A stretch of DNA of 46,091 nt from a virus (lineage: Duplodnaviria > Caudoviricetes). A program made the position numbers and the translations under genes. The stretch spans positions 1-46,091 of IMG/VR virus record IMGVR_UViG_3300028599_000007; one strand, 5' to 3'. Below the pieces are notes generated by a model. The model ran no database searches, was not told the DNA's origin, and saw only the letters and a list, made by a program, of their open reading frames with translations. How positions within the stretch are numbered: the stretch's first letter is position 1; each line of letters opens with the position of its first letter. This document shows, one piece after another, positions 19,209 through 29,533 of this stretch.

Positions 19209-20263
19209 GTTTTTTTCTCATGCCAAAATATTCCATCTGGATCTTTTTCCTCATCATAATCGTCATTATCGTCATTATCGTCATCTGTTAACCATTCAGG
19301 TCTTCCTTGCTGGTCTTCTACAGATACGGTTCCAAAGATTGAATCTCTTCCTGCCTTGTATTGGCATAGATATTCTTGTTCTGGATCTTCTGCAGACGAA
19401 GCAATCATTTCATTTATCTCATCTGTAGTGTAGAGATTTCCCTCAGCTTCCCAGATGTCATAGACAAAGAATACAAAGTCACTTTCGTTATGATCCATGT
19501 CTATCTTGTAAAACATCTTGAGTGGTCCCTTTGGTGTGGATACCAAAAACAGGTCCGCACCGTTTGTTCTTACAATTGGGAGAATTGAATTGAATACTGG
19601 CGTATCATCAACTGTTCTCCATTTGGCTGCCTCATCCATGAATATGCACTTGTATTTTGTGTCACCAGTCAGTGCCTCTTCTGATGCAGAGTATGCCCAG
19701 ACTACAGTGTTATTGACAAGCTTGATGCATATGCCTTCCTTGGTGGACTTCATCCATTGTTCTACTACTGCAGGAATTGACTTGAGCAGTACTGCAAATC
19801 TTCTAAGATCCTTTCTGGCAAGCGTTCCAGTTGTAGCTGCAATGATTGCAACGTTTGCCCCTGCATATCTTGAGAAACAAAGATGTAAAATTATGCGCAA
19901 TACTATTTCAGTAAATCCCATCTGTCTACCTTTCTTGATGTGCATCTTCAGGGCCTTTCTCATCTGGGCTATTGCATCACCAAATGATTTTCTGCCATTG
20001 AAGACTTTGTTTGCAAGATCCACCTGGTATGGTGTGAGTGGCATCTCTTCGTTTGTAGCTGGATGCCTTGGCAATCCTACGATGTGCGTTGTGCAGCATG
20101 TCGCAGTATGTTTGTAATCAGGATTCCTCTCATGTAGTGTATCGTCATCACACCAGAAAGGCAACGTTGCTAACCATTCACATAATTGAAGAGGGGTGGC
20201 CTGTTGATGATCTGTTTGGTCTTTTTGTTCTAGCTCCTCTAGACGAGAATCAAGTGATATCAT
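19199..20263 (-). CDS. terL: Terminase large subunit ATPase domain, stand-alone
   Basis: LTPYQ adenine-binding motif, deviant Walker A KKGRQMGFT, Walker B CIFMDEAA, coupling motif VSTPKG, linker QEYLCQY, then an acidic tail and stop. Confidence 0.88.
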   Translation of the reverse strand: MISLDSRLEELEQKDQTDHQQATPLQLCEWLATLPFWCDDDTLHERNPDYKHTATCCTTHIVGLPRHPATNEEMPLTPYQVDLANKVFNGRKSFGDAIAQMRKALKMHIKKGRQMGFTEIVLRIILHLCFSRYAGANVAIIAATTGTLARKDLRRFAVLLKSIPAVVEQWMKSTKEGICIKLVNNTVVWAYSASEEALTGDTKYKCIFMDEAAKWRTVDDTPVFNSILPIVRTNGADLFLVSTPKGPLKMFYKIDMDHNESDFVFFVYDIWEAEGNLYTTDEINEMIASSAEDPEQEYLCQYKAGRDSIFGTVSVEDQQGRPEWLTDDDNDDNDDYDEEKDPDGIFWHEKKTET

Positions 20264-20276
20264 TGTAATTCAGGTA

Positions 20277-22190
20277 TTACTTGGATAGTCCAATCAATGA
20301 CAGATCTGCTTTCCACTTTCCTTTACTGACAGTGATTAGTTTCATGTCTCGTAATTTTTTAAAACCAACACTTGTCATTGATGCAGCTTGAGAATATCCT
20401 AGCAAGATGGCAAGACCTTCCTTTGTAAATTCCTGGCCCTCTCTTTGATATAGCAGTCTAACCAGTTCTCTTTCCTTGTCCCTTAGAGTTATCACTTTTT
20501 TCTGAATCCCTGGAAGTGATAGAATTGGATGTGATTTCTCAAAGTCATTTAGCTGGATATTCTGTTTTGGTTCTGTATTTGATGCAGATGCAACCTTTCT
20601 TTTTACAGTCTTAATTTTTGCTGGTTTGTCCTTCATCTGTTGGATCACTTTCTCTGAGATTCCTTCCCTGTGCAATACAATCTTGAATCCCTTATCCATG
20701 ATTCCAAAGAGTCTCTTGTGATCCTTTTGATATTCCAAGACGGTCATGACAATATGCCCTTCACCGTCAGTTCCTTGACCATGTAACAATCTTGTAAATC
20801 TCTGAAGCTCTTGTCTTCTGGAACCATGCAGCCAGGAAATCTCTATTACTCTCTTGATGTCAGGCAATGAAACTCCCTCATCTCCAACCCTTGATACTAT
20901 TGTAACTAAATTCTCGTGAATCTTATCCAACCTTTGTTTTGTATCACCGTAAACATGAGGTATGTTAAATTTCTTAGAGTATTGTTTTCCCATCTCGATT
21001 GAATCTGCAAAGACAATTGTCTTCATTGGTTCCTGTAATAGCTCACCTACCTGTTTTAGTCTGTCAGAATCATTCTTTACAATCCATACGTGCAACGGAG
21101 GATTTGCAATTATTTTCATCTGTTTGAAATATTCCCAGTTCATTCCTGTTGGTCTACCAGTAAGTGCAAAGATGAATTCCTCTCGGTTATCCTCTCTTTG
21201 TGGAGTGGCTGACAGTCCTATGGTATAATCAGTGGGAACCATTGCAAGTTTTGAGAATTCATTTGATGGTAAATGGTGTACCTCATCAATTATCTTTCCC
21301 TTGTATTTTTTGTCCTTCTTGACTCCTGCATAATATGTCATCACGTCATATTCATGAGGCTCCAAATCAGTGTAAAGCTCGATTCGTTCCTTCCACTGTT
21401 CTATCAGTAACCTTGATGGTACCACAACTAACCAGGGTCCACGTACATGCGTCATTGCCCACAGTCCAAGGAATGTCTTTCCCGTTGATGGTGGCAAAAA
21501 TGCGCCAATGTTTGAATACTTTAGAAACTCATCGTAGCAATCTTTCTGGTAATCCCTTTGATCAAAGTCGCATCTCCTGTTAACCAGGTCTTCCTTTGCC
21601 ACAGGTTTTGGAACAAATGGGAGTATTCCGTCCTTGATTAATGCAGCTAGTAATTCAAAATGTCTTTGCTTGTCTACTAATAGCCTACCGTCCTTTTCTT
21701 TTCGTTTAATGAAATTTCCATATTTCTCCCTGGCCTTTTTCAAATCATTACCAACCAAGTGATCGCCTTCAAGATAGATGTCAAGTGGATCAGGGAATTT
21801 CAGCTCGTCCTTTAATGCCTGTGGAATTCCACCAAGCCAGTCCACGTATTTGTTTACAAGAAAGATGTTGTAAGATGGAGTGACCTTTTCGAGCCACCCA
21901 AACTGGACATCTACAAATTTAGGAATAGAAAGATAGTATTCTCCCTCGTGTTTTCCAGGTAATATTACGTATGGATATTTGAAGAAATTGTCCAGTTCAT
22001 CCTTGTCAATCTTTGCAGTCTTGATTGACATTGCATATTTTGTTACCTCATTTTGTGCCCAATCTCTGACCTCTTCTGAGCCTTCAGCTAGTTTTGTGAA
22101 TTCCTGTAATGAATGGGTTGCAGTGTCTAGTGTACGGTTTAACTGCTCAATTTTTAGAGAAATGGATAGATCTTTAACTTCCTGAGTCAA
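20277..22190 (-). CDS. SF2 helicase (XPB/Rad25-like) with C-terminal wHTH-like region
   Basis: RDYQ, PPSTGKT, DEVH, LSATPQRED, GDEGVSLPD, QRFTRLL motifs. Confidence 0.85.
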   Translation of the reverse strand: MTQEVKDLSISLKIEQLNRTLDTATHSLQEFTKLAEGSEEVRDWAQNEVTKYAMSIKTAKIDKDELDNFFKYPYVILPGKHEGEYYLSIPKFVDVQFGWLEKVTPSYNIFLVNKYVDWLGGIPQALKDELKFPDPLDIYLEGDHLVGNDLKKAREKYGNFIKRKEKDGRLLVDKQRHFELLAALIKDGILPFVPKPVAKEDLVNRRCDFDQRDYQKDCYDEFLKYSNIGAFLPPSTGKTFLGLWAMTHVRGPWLVVVPSRLLIEQWKERIELYTDLEPHEYDVMTYYAGVKKDKKYKGKIIDEVHHLPSNEFSKLAMVPTDYTIGLSATPQREDNREEFIFALTGRPTGMNWEYFKQMKIIANPPLHVWIVKNDSDRLKQVGELLQEPMKTIVFADSIEMGKQYSKKFNIPHVYGDTKQRLDKIHENLVTIVSRVGDEGVSLPDIKRVIEISWLHGSRRQELQRFTRLLHGQGTDGEGHIVMTVLEYQKDHKRLFGIMDKGFKIVLHREGISEKVIQQMKDKPAKIKTVKRKVASASNTEPKQNIQLNDFEKSHPILSLPGIQKKVITLRDKERELVRLLYQREGQEFTKEGLAILLGYSQAASMTSVGFKKLRDMKLITVSKGKWKADLSLIGLSK

Positions 22191-22516
22191 TTCAACAGCT
22201 TTCCGTTGTGATCCCTGATTACTGTAAGCATAATATCTGGATTGAATATGTATTCCTTTTTGACATTATCAGGTATTGGATCACCTTTTTTCTTTTCAAG
22301 TTCCATTATTCTCTCTTCATAGTTCCACGTCTTGGTAGCTCCAACGGATATGTTTACAAGGTATCCTAATTTGCCTGCCAACATAGATAGATGCTCGTCT
22401 TTCTCTGTAGAACTTCCCTCTTCTTTTTTGTGCTTATGAAATATGGTGGCCATTTCGTTTATGATGCCATCGATCAATCTCAGGTTGTGCTCTACATTGG
22501 ACTGGCCTTTATTCAT
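22187..22516 (-). CDS. Candidate terminase small subunit
   Basis: 109 aa helical protein with YEERIMELEKK, first gene of the packaging operon. Confidence 0.45.
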   Translation of the reverse strand: MNKGQSNVEHNLRLIDGIINEMATIFHKHKKEEGSSTEKDEHLSMLAGKLGYLVNISVGATKTWNYEERIMELEKKKGDPIPDNVKKEYIFNPDIMLTVIRDHNGKLLN

Positions 22517-22577
22517 GCAATATATGGTACCCCCTAATCTATTAAATCTTATTAAGAATCAGACTGATTGTTAATAA

Positions 22578-22940
22578 TTAACGGAACAGCTGCCTTAGTG
22601 TCTGGTCATCTGCAAACTTGTTTGTAGTCCATGTACTGATGCGGTTTGGATTGTTTGTAGGCAGTACGTAATAGTTGTGCGTTACTGCATCTCCTTTTGG
22701 GAATCCGTCAGTTACTCTGATTCTACCATCATCAGTTACTCTTGTCAATGTAGGAGGATCTGTAATTCTTATGAGTCTCTGCTTGTCAAACTCATCTCTC
22801 ATTATTCTAAAGTTCTCAAAAGTCAATGGTTGTGTTATCGAGTCACCTACCTTTGGTCTTAACTGCGGTGCTTGTTTGAACGAATAGAGAAATTGTTCTG
22901 ATGGAGTATCCAGAAATACTTTGTAGATTTGCGTATCCAT
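22578..22940 (-). CDS. Hypothetical protein
   Basis: 120-aa ORF following the fibre gene. Confidence 0.65.
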   Translation of the reverse strand: MDTQIYKVFLDTPSEQFLYSFKQAPQLRPKVGDSITQPLTFENFRIMRDEFDKQRLIRITDPPTLTRVTDDGRIRVTDGFPKGDAVTHNYYVLPTNNPNRISTWTTNKFADDQTLRQLFR

Positions 22941-22966
22941 TGTGTTGTTTTATCCCCCTAGACTGA

Positions 22967-25900
22967 TCATGGTGCAGCCCATACACCATCAGCTCTTAAG
23001 AAATTGGTAGTTCCTCCACCAGATGCAGGCACTAATCCTTTGAGTGCGCTTGTAAAGAGATTAAGTAATGCCGTTGCTCTTGCCAATGTCAATGATTCTG
23101 GAACTCCTGTTCCCGCTGTATCTCTTCCAATGAATGAATTAGTTCCAATGTTTGCCATTTTTGCTAATGTAACTTGTGCATCAGTTATGTTTGCAGTATT
23201 TACTGCATTATTGCCAAGTTCAGTTGTTGTAATTGCATTGGTAGCGATTTGTGCAGCTGTAATTGTATCATTTGATATGTTTGCAGCAGTAATTGTAGTA
23301 GCTGCAATATCGCCACCTGTAACGGAACCAGCTACAATTTGAGATCCTCCGACTGAGTTTGTAGCCATTTGATTAATACCAATAGTTCCATTTGCAATGT
23401 TGGCGTTTGTTATTGTAAGGGCTGCAATTTTTGCACCTGTAACTGCAGCTGTTGCAATTTTCGTACCTGTAACTGCATTGGTTGCTAATACGTCTGCATC
23501 TACAATTCCATTTCCCAAGTTTGCATTTGTAATAGTTCCTGCAGCAATCTTTGCACCTGTAACTGCAGCTGTTGCTATCTTTGTACCTGTAACTGCATTG
23601 GTTGCTAGTTTGTCTGCGGTTACAGCTTGAGTCCCAAGAATTGCAGACGTTACAGTCAAGAGTGCCATCTTTGAACCAGTAACTGTTGCGTTTGCTAATT
23701 TTACACCTGTAATTGTGTTACCTGCAATTTTGTCTGTGGTTACAGCATTGGTTGCAAGCTTTGCACCCGATACTGCCAAGTCTATAAGTTCGCCTGTACC
23801 AACAGCGTTGTTAGCGATTTGAGATGCTCCGACTGAGTTGGCAGCTAGTTGTGTAGCTGTGATAACTCCGTTTCCGATCTTTGCTGCGGTAACTGCAAGA
23901 TCTACTAATTCACCTGTACCAACAGCAGCGTTACCAATTTGAGATATCCCTACAGAGTTGGCAGCTAGTTGAGCAGATGTAATAGTTCCTGCAGCAATCT
24001 TTGCTGCGGTAACTGCCAAAGCTGCTATGTTTACGCCCTCAACTGCATTATTGGCTAGTTCAGATGTTGTAACTGCATTGGTAGCGATTTCAGTGGTTCC
24101 AACAGCTCCTGCATCAATATTCCAGACTGTGCCTCCTGATGAAACGGTTATGTCACCTTTATCTCCATCTGAGACTCCTGCAGCTGCTGCTCCGAAATCA
24201 ACATTTGCACCGTTGGCTCTTCCAAAGAATTGATTTGTAGTTGAGTTATACCATATGGATCCATCTGTTAATACTGAAGGGGTTCCAGCTACATCTCCAA
24301 GTGAAATTCCTGGATTGGTTGCACTATGAGGAAATGTTTGTGTCAATCCTGCAGTGTAGGTATTGGTTTGATCTGTTTGCACTACAGTTGCAGGTAATGT
24401 CAAAGTGACAACACCTGCATTATCCATTGTAGCATCTCCAGACATTGTAACTGCAGTTGCAACACCAGATGCATTTCCTAACCAAAAGTTAGCTGATGCA
24501 ATATTTGGCAGAGATGCATATCTTGAATTGATGAAAACATTCAAAACTCCGTTTGTTGGATTAGCCCTTCCAATTCTGCCAAGAACCTGAATGCTTGCAG
24601 TTCCAGTTGGCCTAACATTTGTAAGTGTGTTGCCAGTTGTTCCAGATGTAGAAAGATAGATTGTTTGATTTGTAGAAAATGCACTTGTATCAAAATCTTC
24701 TAGATTTCCAGTCTCTACTATGAGACCAGTTTGACCATTTGAGATATCCTCTTCAACTATTCCTAGTGCTGGGGTTGGGTCATTGGCATCAGCTAATACT
24801 ACATTTGCCCTGCCAAGACCAACATTCCATGTGTCTTCCCTTACAGCATCGCCTTTTGCCAGAACAGCCCCTGAAGTATTCTGAACTTGAATGTGAACTT
24901 GGTTTGCGTCTATCTTATTTGTGATATCAGTCGCATTAAATCCAACTACATTACCTTGTATGAAATCATGTTCACCGTCACTACTCAGTTTGTATCTTAT
25001 TGTAGGATTCACTGAACCAGTTGGTGTTAGGAAAATTGAATATCTTCCTGGAGTTGAAGTTGCAGAAAAATCGTCATCAGCTGCAATCTGTACTGCCCCA
25101 CCTCTACGCCATGCAGCAACAACATCTCCATCCCATCCATATCCTGTTAAATCAAATAATGTATCATCAAGAGCCGTTACAAGTGGAGAGGCAATTGTTC
25201 CGTTTGCACTTCTTCCTATGAAATTTGCACCATTTCCACCGCCATCATATGTCCTTACATCAACATCGGCAGTTAGTCCTTCAGCCACTACAGTTACAGT
25301 TTCTTGTAAAGTTGGGTTTCCTGCAAATACTAGAGGGCCACCGCCAGTTTCATCATCAATAATTCCTGCGAGTTGTGCAGAAGTTGTATTTGCAAAGAAT
25401 GAAAGGTTATCCGTGTTTCTGGCAATTGATGCATCTAAAGTTACAACTCCTGTGCTTGACATGGTTGCATCACCGCTTACAGTTTGTGGCAATCCATTGG
25501 TTCCAGCGTCACCGATTAGAATTTGTCCGTCTGGAATTTCAACTCCTAGCTGTACAGCTGTAGAACTTGCAAGTGTTATTTTTATTCCCTGAGTTACAGT
25601 CATAGTTTTGAATTGCATCAGTTTTGTAACTGCATCAACAGAATCATACCAATTGATTATTCCAGGACCAGATGCTATATTTTCTCCACCAGCTATTCCA
25701 TAGGGTAAAAACACCAAGTCAGTTGTATCAATAACAATAGGAGCTGGTGTAGTTAGCTGCCATGATGTATCTTTATTCACTAAGCCTTGTGTGATGACAA
25801 TGACTGCCCCAGCTAAGAAATCAACACTGGTTGCATTGAAATCTCCTGGTCTTGTCCAAGCTCCTGCACCTTGAGTAATCCAAACTCCGTTTTCTGATTG

Positions 25901-26743
25901 GTCTGTTTGGCCTACAAGAAGTATTCTATCAAAAGTTGTTAGTACTCCATCAATTGTTTGTTCACCTGACAACGTTGCAATGTTTGTAGTTGCAACAAGT
26001 TCTGCGGATCTTTTCCATGTATTTTCCGCATCAATAAAAACATCTGTTCTATTGTCAAAAGTATTATTGATGGCAAATACTCTGTTGCCAGTAAAGTTTA
26101 ATCGAGGTTGTTCAGGAAGATCAACACCTTCGTTTTGTATAATGTGTCCACTTGAAGCGGGTGTTTGCCAATTAGCGTTTACACCATCACTTGTGAATAC
26201 TGTGCCAGCTGGACCTATTAGTAATTGAGTCCATCTAATCCCACCAAAACCATCTGTTCCAACAACTACTCCCCCTTCAGTTACCGCAGAGGCAAGAGTA
26301 TCTGGATGAGTTATAGAAAGCAAGTCATGAGGTCCTGATGGAGGAACAGCTAATGTTCCGTCATCTCTAAGGAATTGCGTTCCGTCAGGAGTTCCAGTAC
26401 CGAGATTTGCAATTGGTACTAAGCTACTAGCATTTAATGGAGCATATCCATTAGCTACTCCCTTGTTTGCTGAATCTTCCTTTGCGTCTATCTGTGGTTG
26501 AATTGCTGAAGTTACTCCATTTACAAAACCTATTTCATCGGCAGTTGTTACTGATGAAACAATTATCCCTGATCCATCACTAACCATTGCAGCGTTTGGA
26601 GCTTGAAGTGAATTAGCTCTAACATATGCAAGTATTCTGGAAATAGAAGTATTGAAACTTCCTGTCCCTCCTTCTGAGATTTCAAGTATCTCGGTTCCGT
26701 CCAGTGTTACCTTTGGATTTAGAGAATTAATTGTTGCAGTCAT
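22967..26743 (-). CDS. Modular fibre/adhesin protein with a long decapeptide-repeat region
   Basis: 1258 aa, T/G/A-rich; phage fibre module LSGEQTIDGV..DRILLVGQTDQSENGVW; roughly 30 IAxxAVTxxK-type repeats. Confidence 0.8.
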   Translation of the reverse strand: MTATINSLNPKVTLDGTEILEISEGGTGSFNTSISRILAYVRANSLQAPNAAMVSDGSGIIVSSVTTADEIGFVNGVTSAIQPQIDAKEDSANKGVANGYAPLNASSLVPIANLGTGTPDGTQFLRDDGTLAVPPSGPHDLLSITHPDTLASAVTEGGVVVGTDGFGGIRWTQLLIGPAGTVFTSDGVNANWQTPASSGHIIQNEGVDLPEQPRLNFTGNRVFAINNTFDNRTDVFIDAENTWKRSAELVATTNIATLSGEQTIDGVLTTFDRILLVGQTDQSENGVWITQGAGAWTRPGDFNATSVDFLAGAVIVITQGLVNKDTSWQLTTPAPIVIDTTDLVFLPYGIAGGENIASGPGIINWYDSVDAVTKLMQFKTMTVTQGIKITLASSTAVQLGVEIPDGQILIGDAGTNGLPQTVSGDATMSSTGVVTLDASIARNTDNLSFFANTTSAQLAGIIDDETGGGPLVFAGNPTLQETVTVVAEGLTADVDVRTYDGGGNGANFIGRSANGTIASPLVTALDDTLFDLTGYGWDGDVVAAWRRGGAVQIAADDDFSATSTPGRYSIFLTPTGSVNPTIRYKLSSDGEHDFIQGNVVGFNATDITNKIDANQVHIQVQNTSGAVLAKGDAVREDTWNVGLGRANVVLADANDPTPALGIVEEDISNGQTGLIVETGNLEDFDTSAFSTNQTIYLSTSGTTGNTLTNVRPTGTASIQVLGRIGRANPTNGVLNVFINSRYASLPNIASANFWLGNASGVATAVTMSGDATMDNAGVVTLTLPATVVQTDQTNTYTAGLTQTFPHSATNPGISLGDVAGTPSVLTDGSIWYNSTTNQFFGRANGANVDFGAAAAGVSDGDKGDITVSSGGTVWNIDAGAVGTTEIATNAVTTSELANNAVEGVNIAALAVTAAKIAAGTITSAQLAANSVGISQIGNAAVGTGELVDLAVTAAKIGNGVITATQLAANSVGASQIANNAVGTGELIDLAVSGAKLATNAVTTDKIAGNTITGVKLANATVTGSKMALLTVTSAILGTQAVTADKLATNAVTGTKIATAAVTGAKIAAGTITNANLGNGIVDADVLATNAVTGTKIATAAVTGAKIAALTITNANIANGTIGINQMATNSVGGSQIVAGSVTGGDIAATTITAANISNDTITAAQIATNAITTTELGNNAVNTANITDAQVTLAKMANIGTNSFIGRDTAGTGVPESLTLARATALLNLFTSALKGLVPASGGGTTNFLRADGVWAAP

Positions 26744-26745
26744 TG

Positions 26746-27072
26746 TTATGCCCTGCTCCCTACTGGTTGGAATCTTTGAATTAGAATCTCTTTGGCCTTT
26801 TGGTAAACCCCTTCAGCTTGCAGTTTAGCCTGGTCCGTCCCAGTGGATTTTTTCCAAAACAAGGCAGTGGCATATTCGGTAGTAATTGCCACAAACCAGC
26901 TCTCTAAATTATCAGGATCAAAATTGTTTAAAAATAATGCTTCCATTGCCATGCTTGCATCTTCGTTTGCCCTCTTGATTTTCTCAAGGATTATATCATC
27001 TACAGTACCCACTTCGGCAATGTCTTCTTCGATTCTTTCATCATCGGCATACAGTGGAATTACTACTGACAT
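26746..27072 (-). CDS. Head-tail adaptor-like protein
   Basis: 108 aa helical, N-terminal YA, KRANEDAS, AITTEYATALFW pattern of gp6/gp15/gp36-type adaptors. Confidence 0.6.
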   Translation of the reverse strand: MSVVIPLYADDERIEEDIAEVGTVDDIILEKIKRANEDASMAMEALFLNNFDPDNLESWFVAITTEYATALFWKKSTGTDQAKLQAEGVYQKAKEILIQRFQPVGSRA

Positions 27073-27778
27073 GCATAATTTTTTGTATTAATTAGATTTA
27101 CATATATTTAATTTCTTATTAAGAATGACACAAGCATTGACATTTTTTCCAAGTGCATAGATCATGTTTATGCTGCGCACATTTGAAACTAAAATAATGC
27201 AATGGTGTCTGTATCCAGATGGATTCATCTGGTTTGTCTTGTCTATTTGACATTGTTCTTGTCCTTTATCTTTTGGATAATTTTTTCAAGGTAGACAATC
27301 TTTGTTTTGTCATTTACGTTCATGTAGTTCATTATTTCATCTATCTTGGCATGGATGTTGGTTATCCTCATTTCATGAAGCTGCATGTTTGAGATCATCA
27401 ATTTCTAACCTTCTTTTTGTAAAACATTCTCCAAACATGATCACATTCAAGGCATTGCCAACGATCATAATTGGATTTATTATCTGTAAATGACACATGC
27501 TCACTATCACATTTAGGACATTCCATTATTTCTTACCATCCAATTGCTTACAAGCTGTTGCGGTTCTTTGATGAATGGGTACATTCTGAAAATATCTTTT
27601 ACATCGTGGGCATTGAGTTTTAGCATATTTGCCAGGTTTTACAAGTCCAGTTAATCTAGGCATCAGGTTACATCCTCGAATTCTAAAATTATTTCTCCAA
27701 GTCTGTCATATTCGTCCCATTCTCCAACAAAATTGGATTGTCTTTTTTTGAGACTGGCTATTTTGTCTTGGAGGTTCA

Positions 27779-28081
27779 TTAGTTCACTCCCATTTCTCTA
27801 ACAATCATCTCAGATAGTCCGTCTGCATAGATGTCTTCATGTCTGTCTGAGCCATTGAAAATTACTGTGTATGTGTCAGATCCATTTTCATATTGAATCA
27901 ATACGTTTGAAATTTTCTTTGGATTTCTTGGGACTTTGAGATATAATGCGGTTTCACTGAAAATTTGTGGTTTTACTCCAGTGTATGCAAAGAATGGAAA
28001 TCCATTTACACGAGAAGCTTTAAGTTGTCTAAAAATCTCTTCTGCTACTTCGTTGTTTTGTGTTGTAATTGTTTTATTCAT
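27779..28081 (-). CDS. Conserved-looking phage hypothetical protein
   Basis: AEEIFRQL..FFAYTGVK..DTYTVIF..DIYADGL pattern; start at MNKTITT inferred. Confidence 0.6.
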   Translation of the reverse strand: MNKTITTQNNEVAEEIFRQLKASRVNGFPFFAYTGVKPQIFSETALYLKVPRNPKKISNVLIQYENGSDTYTVIFNGSDRHEDIYADGLSEMIVREMGVN

Positions 28082-28174
28082 ACGTATACTGTACAATACA
28101 CCATATATTAATTATACGTATAATGTATAGTATGTCATTAAATACTTTATATTAGATACCATGTTATGAAATGT

Positions 28175-28288
28175 GTGAGTAAAAGAATAGTGATAACGCC
28201 TTGCTGTGAGCATGAGCAGGCCACCCAGAAGAAAAAGAAAGAGATAATATATTGTACACGATGTCATAATCCGTTTGTTGAAAATTAA
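28175..28288 (+). CDS. 37-aa zinc-ribbon protein, divergent (below track cutoff)
   Basis: VSKRIVITPCCEHEQATQKKKKEIIYCTRCHNPFVEN*. Confidence 0.5.
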   Translation: MSKRIVITPCCEHEQATQKKKKEIIYCTRCHNPFVEN

Positions 28289-28296
28289 TTTTTACC

Positions 28297-29533
28297 TTAT
28301 GTTTCCTTGCACAATATTTCTTCTATTTCGTCAAACAGTTCCCTGGCATGGAAATCGCTTCCATTATGGGTCTTGATTAGTTCTTTAATCGTGTGAATAT
28401 CTTTGACACACCAAGGACAGATACATTCAATCACTGCTGCTTTTCCACGTGTAATTATGCCCTTCAGATACCAATCATCCAAACTGATTGCTTCAGTTTG
28501 ACAGATTAAACATGAATCAGTCACTTACTTTCCTGATCTTTCATGAAAGTTATAACAACACTTGCATTCTCTTTCTCTGCACTCCGAATTAAGAATATGC
28601 TCACAGATTCCACAATCACACATTTTTTACGTGTCTCCAGTTTTGTTTAAGAGCTGAATTATTGTCTCTTGGTTGGAAATAATCTGTTGACTAGAATCCA
28701 GTAATACCCATTGATGTATTGTCAATACAAAAAACAATAGCCCAAACATTATTCCTGTCTGTATAATTATGAGTCCAGAGCTAGAAGTCATGGTTAGTTT
28801 TTGAGTCCAAGATCTGGTAGATAATCACGTCTGAGGTATTCTTTACCTTGATCCAATCTAATGTCTACCTCAATCATACTGATCATTCTTTCTATTTTCC
28901 ATAGTTTTTCCTCCATATATTCAGGAGAATAGAATTTGTCTTTGATCATAAATCCCTCTTTTGGGAGTCTGTTGTTTTCATTCATTGCCCCAGTGATATT
29001 ACATCGCATGGTTCTCATCCAGCATTCCAGGTGTTCCTGTGTTATCATTTCTTATTAAGAAATATTATCATATTAAAGTCATACGTATATTATAAAGCAG
29101 CTCAGGGCTATTTCATTTTGTGTTTTCTCCATCGTGTTTCCTTGGACAGGGAACATTACAATCAATTCAGGGAGATTTCATACTCGCCTGTTAAATTGTC
29201 AGACATTTCGAGACTGTGGATCCCATTGAAATGCTCTAGCTTTTTCATCATCGCTGCTGGAATAATCTAATGTCTAAAAACTGTAATTCGTAGTTTAGAT
29301 TTTCTGTCTACTGGTTTTGTTCTCATTCTTCCACCACAGCAAGGACACCAAAGCCCTTCCCATTTTACATGTCTTTCGCAGTTTCCACACCATCTGTTCT
29401 CAGGATAATATGACCCATTTCTGGTTCGATGGGCTTTGTACATAGACCTGCATTTTGACACACACCAATTCATATTCTTATCTTCGCCTTGTAAACTGGG
29501 TCCAGGACTTGATAAAAGGATTTGTAGTTCCAT
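28297..29533 (-). other. Small hypothetical genes, several CxxC zinc fingers (28297-28524, 28794-29048, 29267-29533)
   Basis: CLIC..CPWC; WCGNCE..WCPCCGGRMRTKP. Confidence 0.6.

Noticed and set aside
19254-19285. 9-bp tandem repeat tcgtcatta
   Set aside because: Simply encodes the DDNDDNDD acidic tail of the TerL ATPase
100-27091. Many + strand ORFs in the ORF track over the structural region
   Set aside because: Antisense shadows of long - strand genes; no independent motifs
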